DNA of 63,505 nt, filler included, from Octopus bimaculoides (Eukaryota): NCBI RefSeq assembly GCF_001194135.2. It is 6 parts of 6 records of this genome, joined end to end, with 100 filler letters (N's around TTAATTAATTAA, not from the genome) between each part and the next. Parts side by side here need not be neighbours in the genome. Positions count along the whole stretch, not along the records: positions 62,148 to 63,505 come from NC_068984.1; 5 more parts are not named here. One strand, written 5' to 3'. The notes under the pieces were generated by a model. It was not told the origin of the DNA. It searched no databases and saw only the letters and a program-made list of their open reading frames with translations. A program made the position numbers and the translations under genes. Of the stretch, positions 63,502 through 63,505 are shown in pieces. Positions within the stretch are counted from its first letter, which is position 1; the number at the start of each line of letters is the position of its first letter.

Positions 63502-63505
63502 TATA

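Overview
AT-rich, microsatellite-saturated, gappy eukaryotic DNA. The SINE and LINE repertoire looks like an Octopus genome (inference from recalled repeat families; needs a BLAST check). Only one host-gene exon is supportable: a 68-nt plus-strand exon (4868-4935) of an SLC5 sodium:solute symporter (SMCT/NIS/SMVT group), so most of the window is probably one very long intron. The rest is decayed mobile DNA: several RLE-type (R4/Dong-like) LINEs, often abutting (TAA)n, one Tx1/L1-like LINE, one CR1-like LINE, two Tc1 and two mariner relics, MITEs, and about 25 tRNA-derived SINEs of three families. The most notable unannotated signal is a set of about eight type I hammerhead-ribozyme (HHR) folds with unrelated flanks and the architecture of Penelope-like element termini. 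One has a compensatory G3:C8 core swap and one a U3:A8 swap. The best-preserved copies are all antisense to the host gene. Nearly all long ORFs in the supplied track are artefacts of N-runs and simple repeats. All alignments and folds were done by eye; repeat boundaries are approximate.
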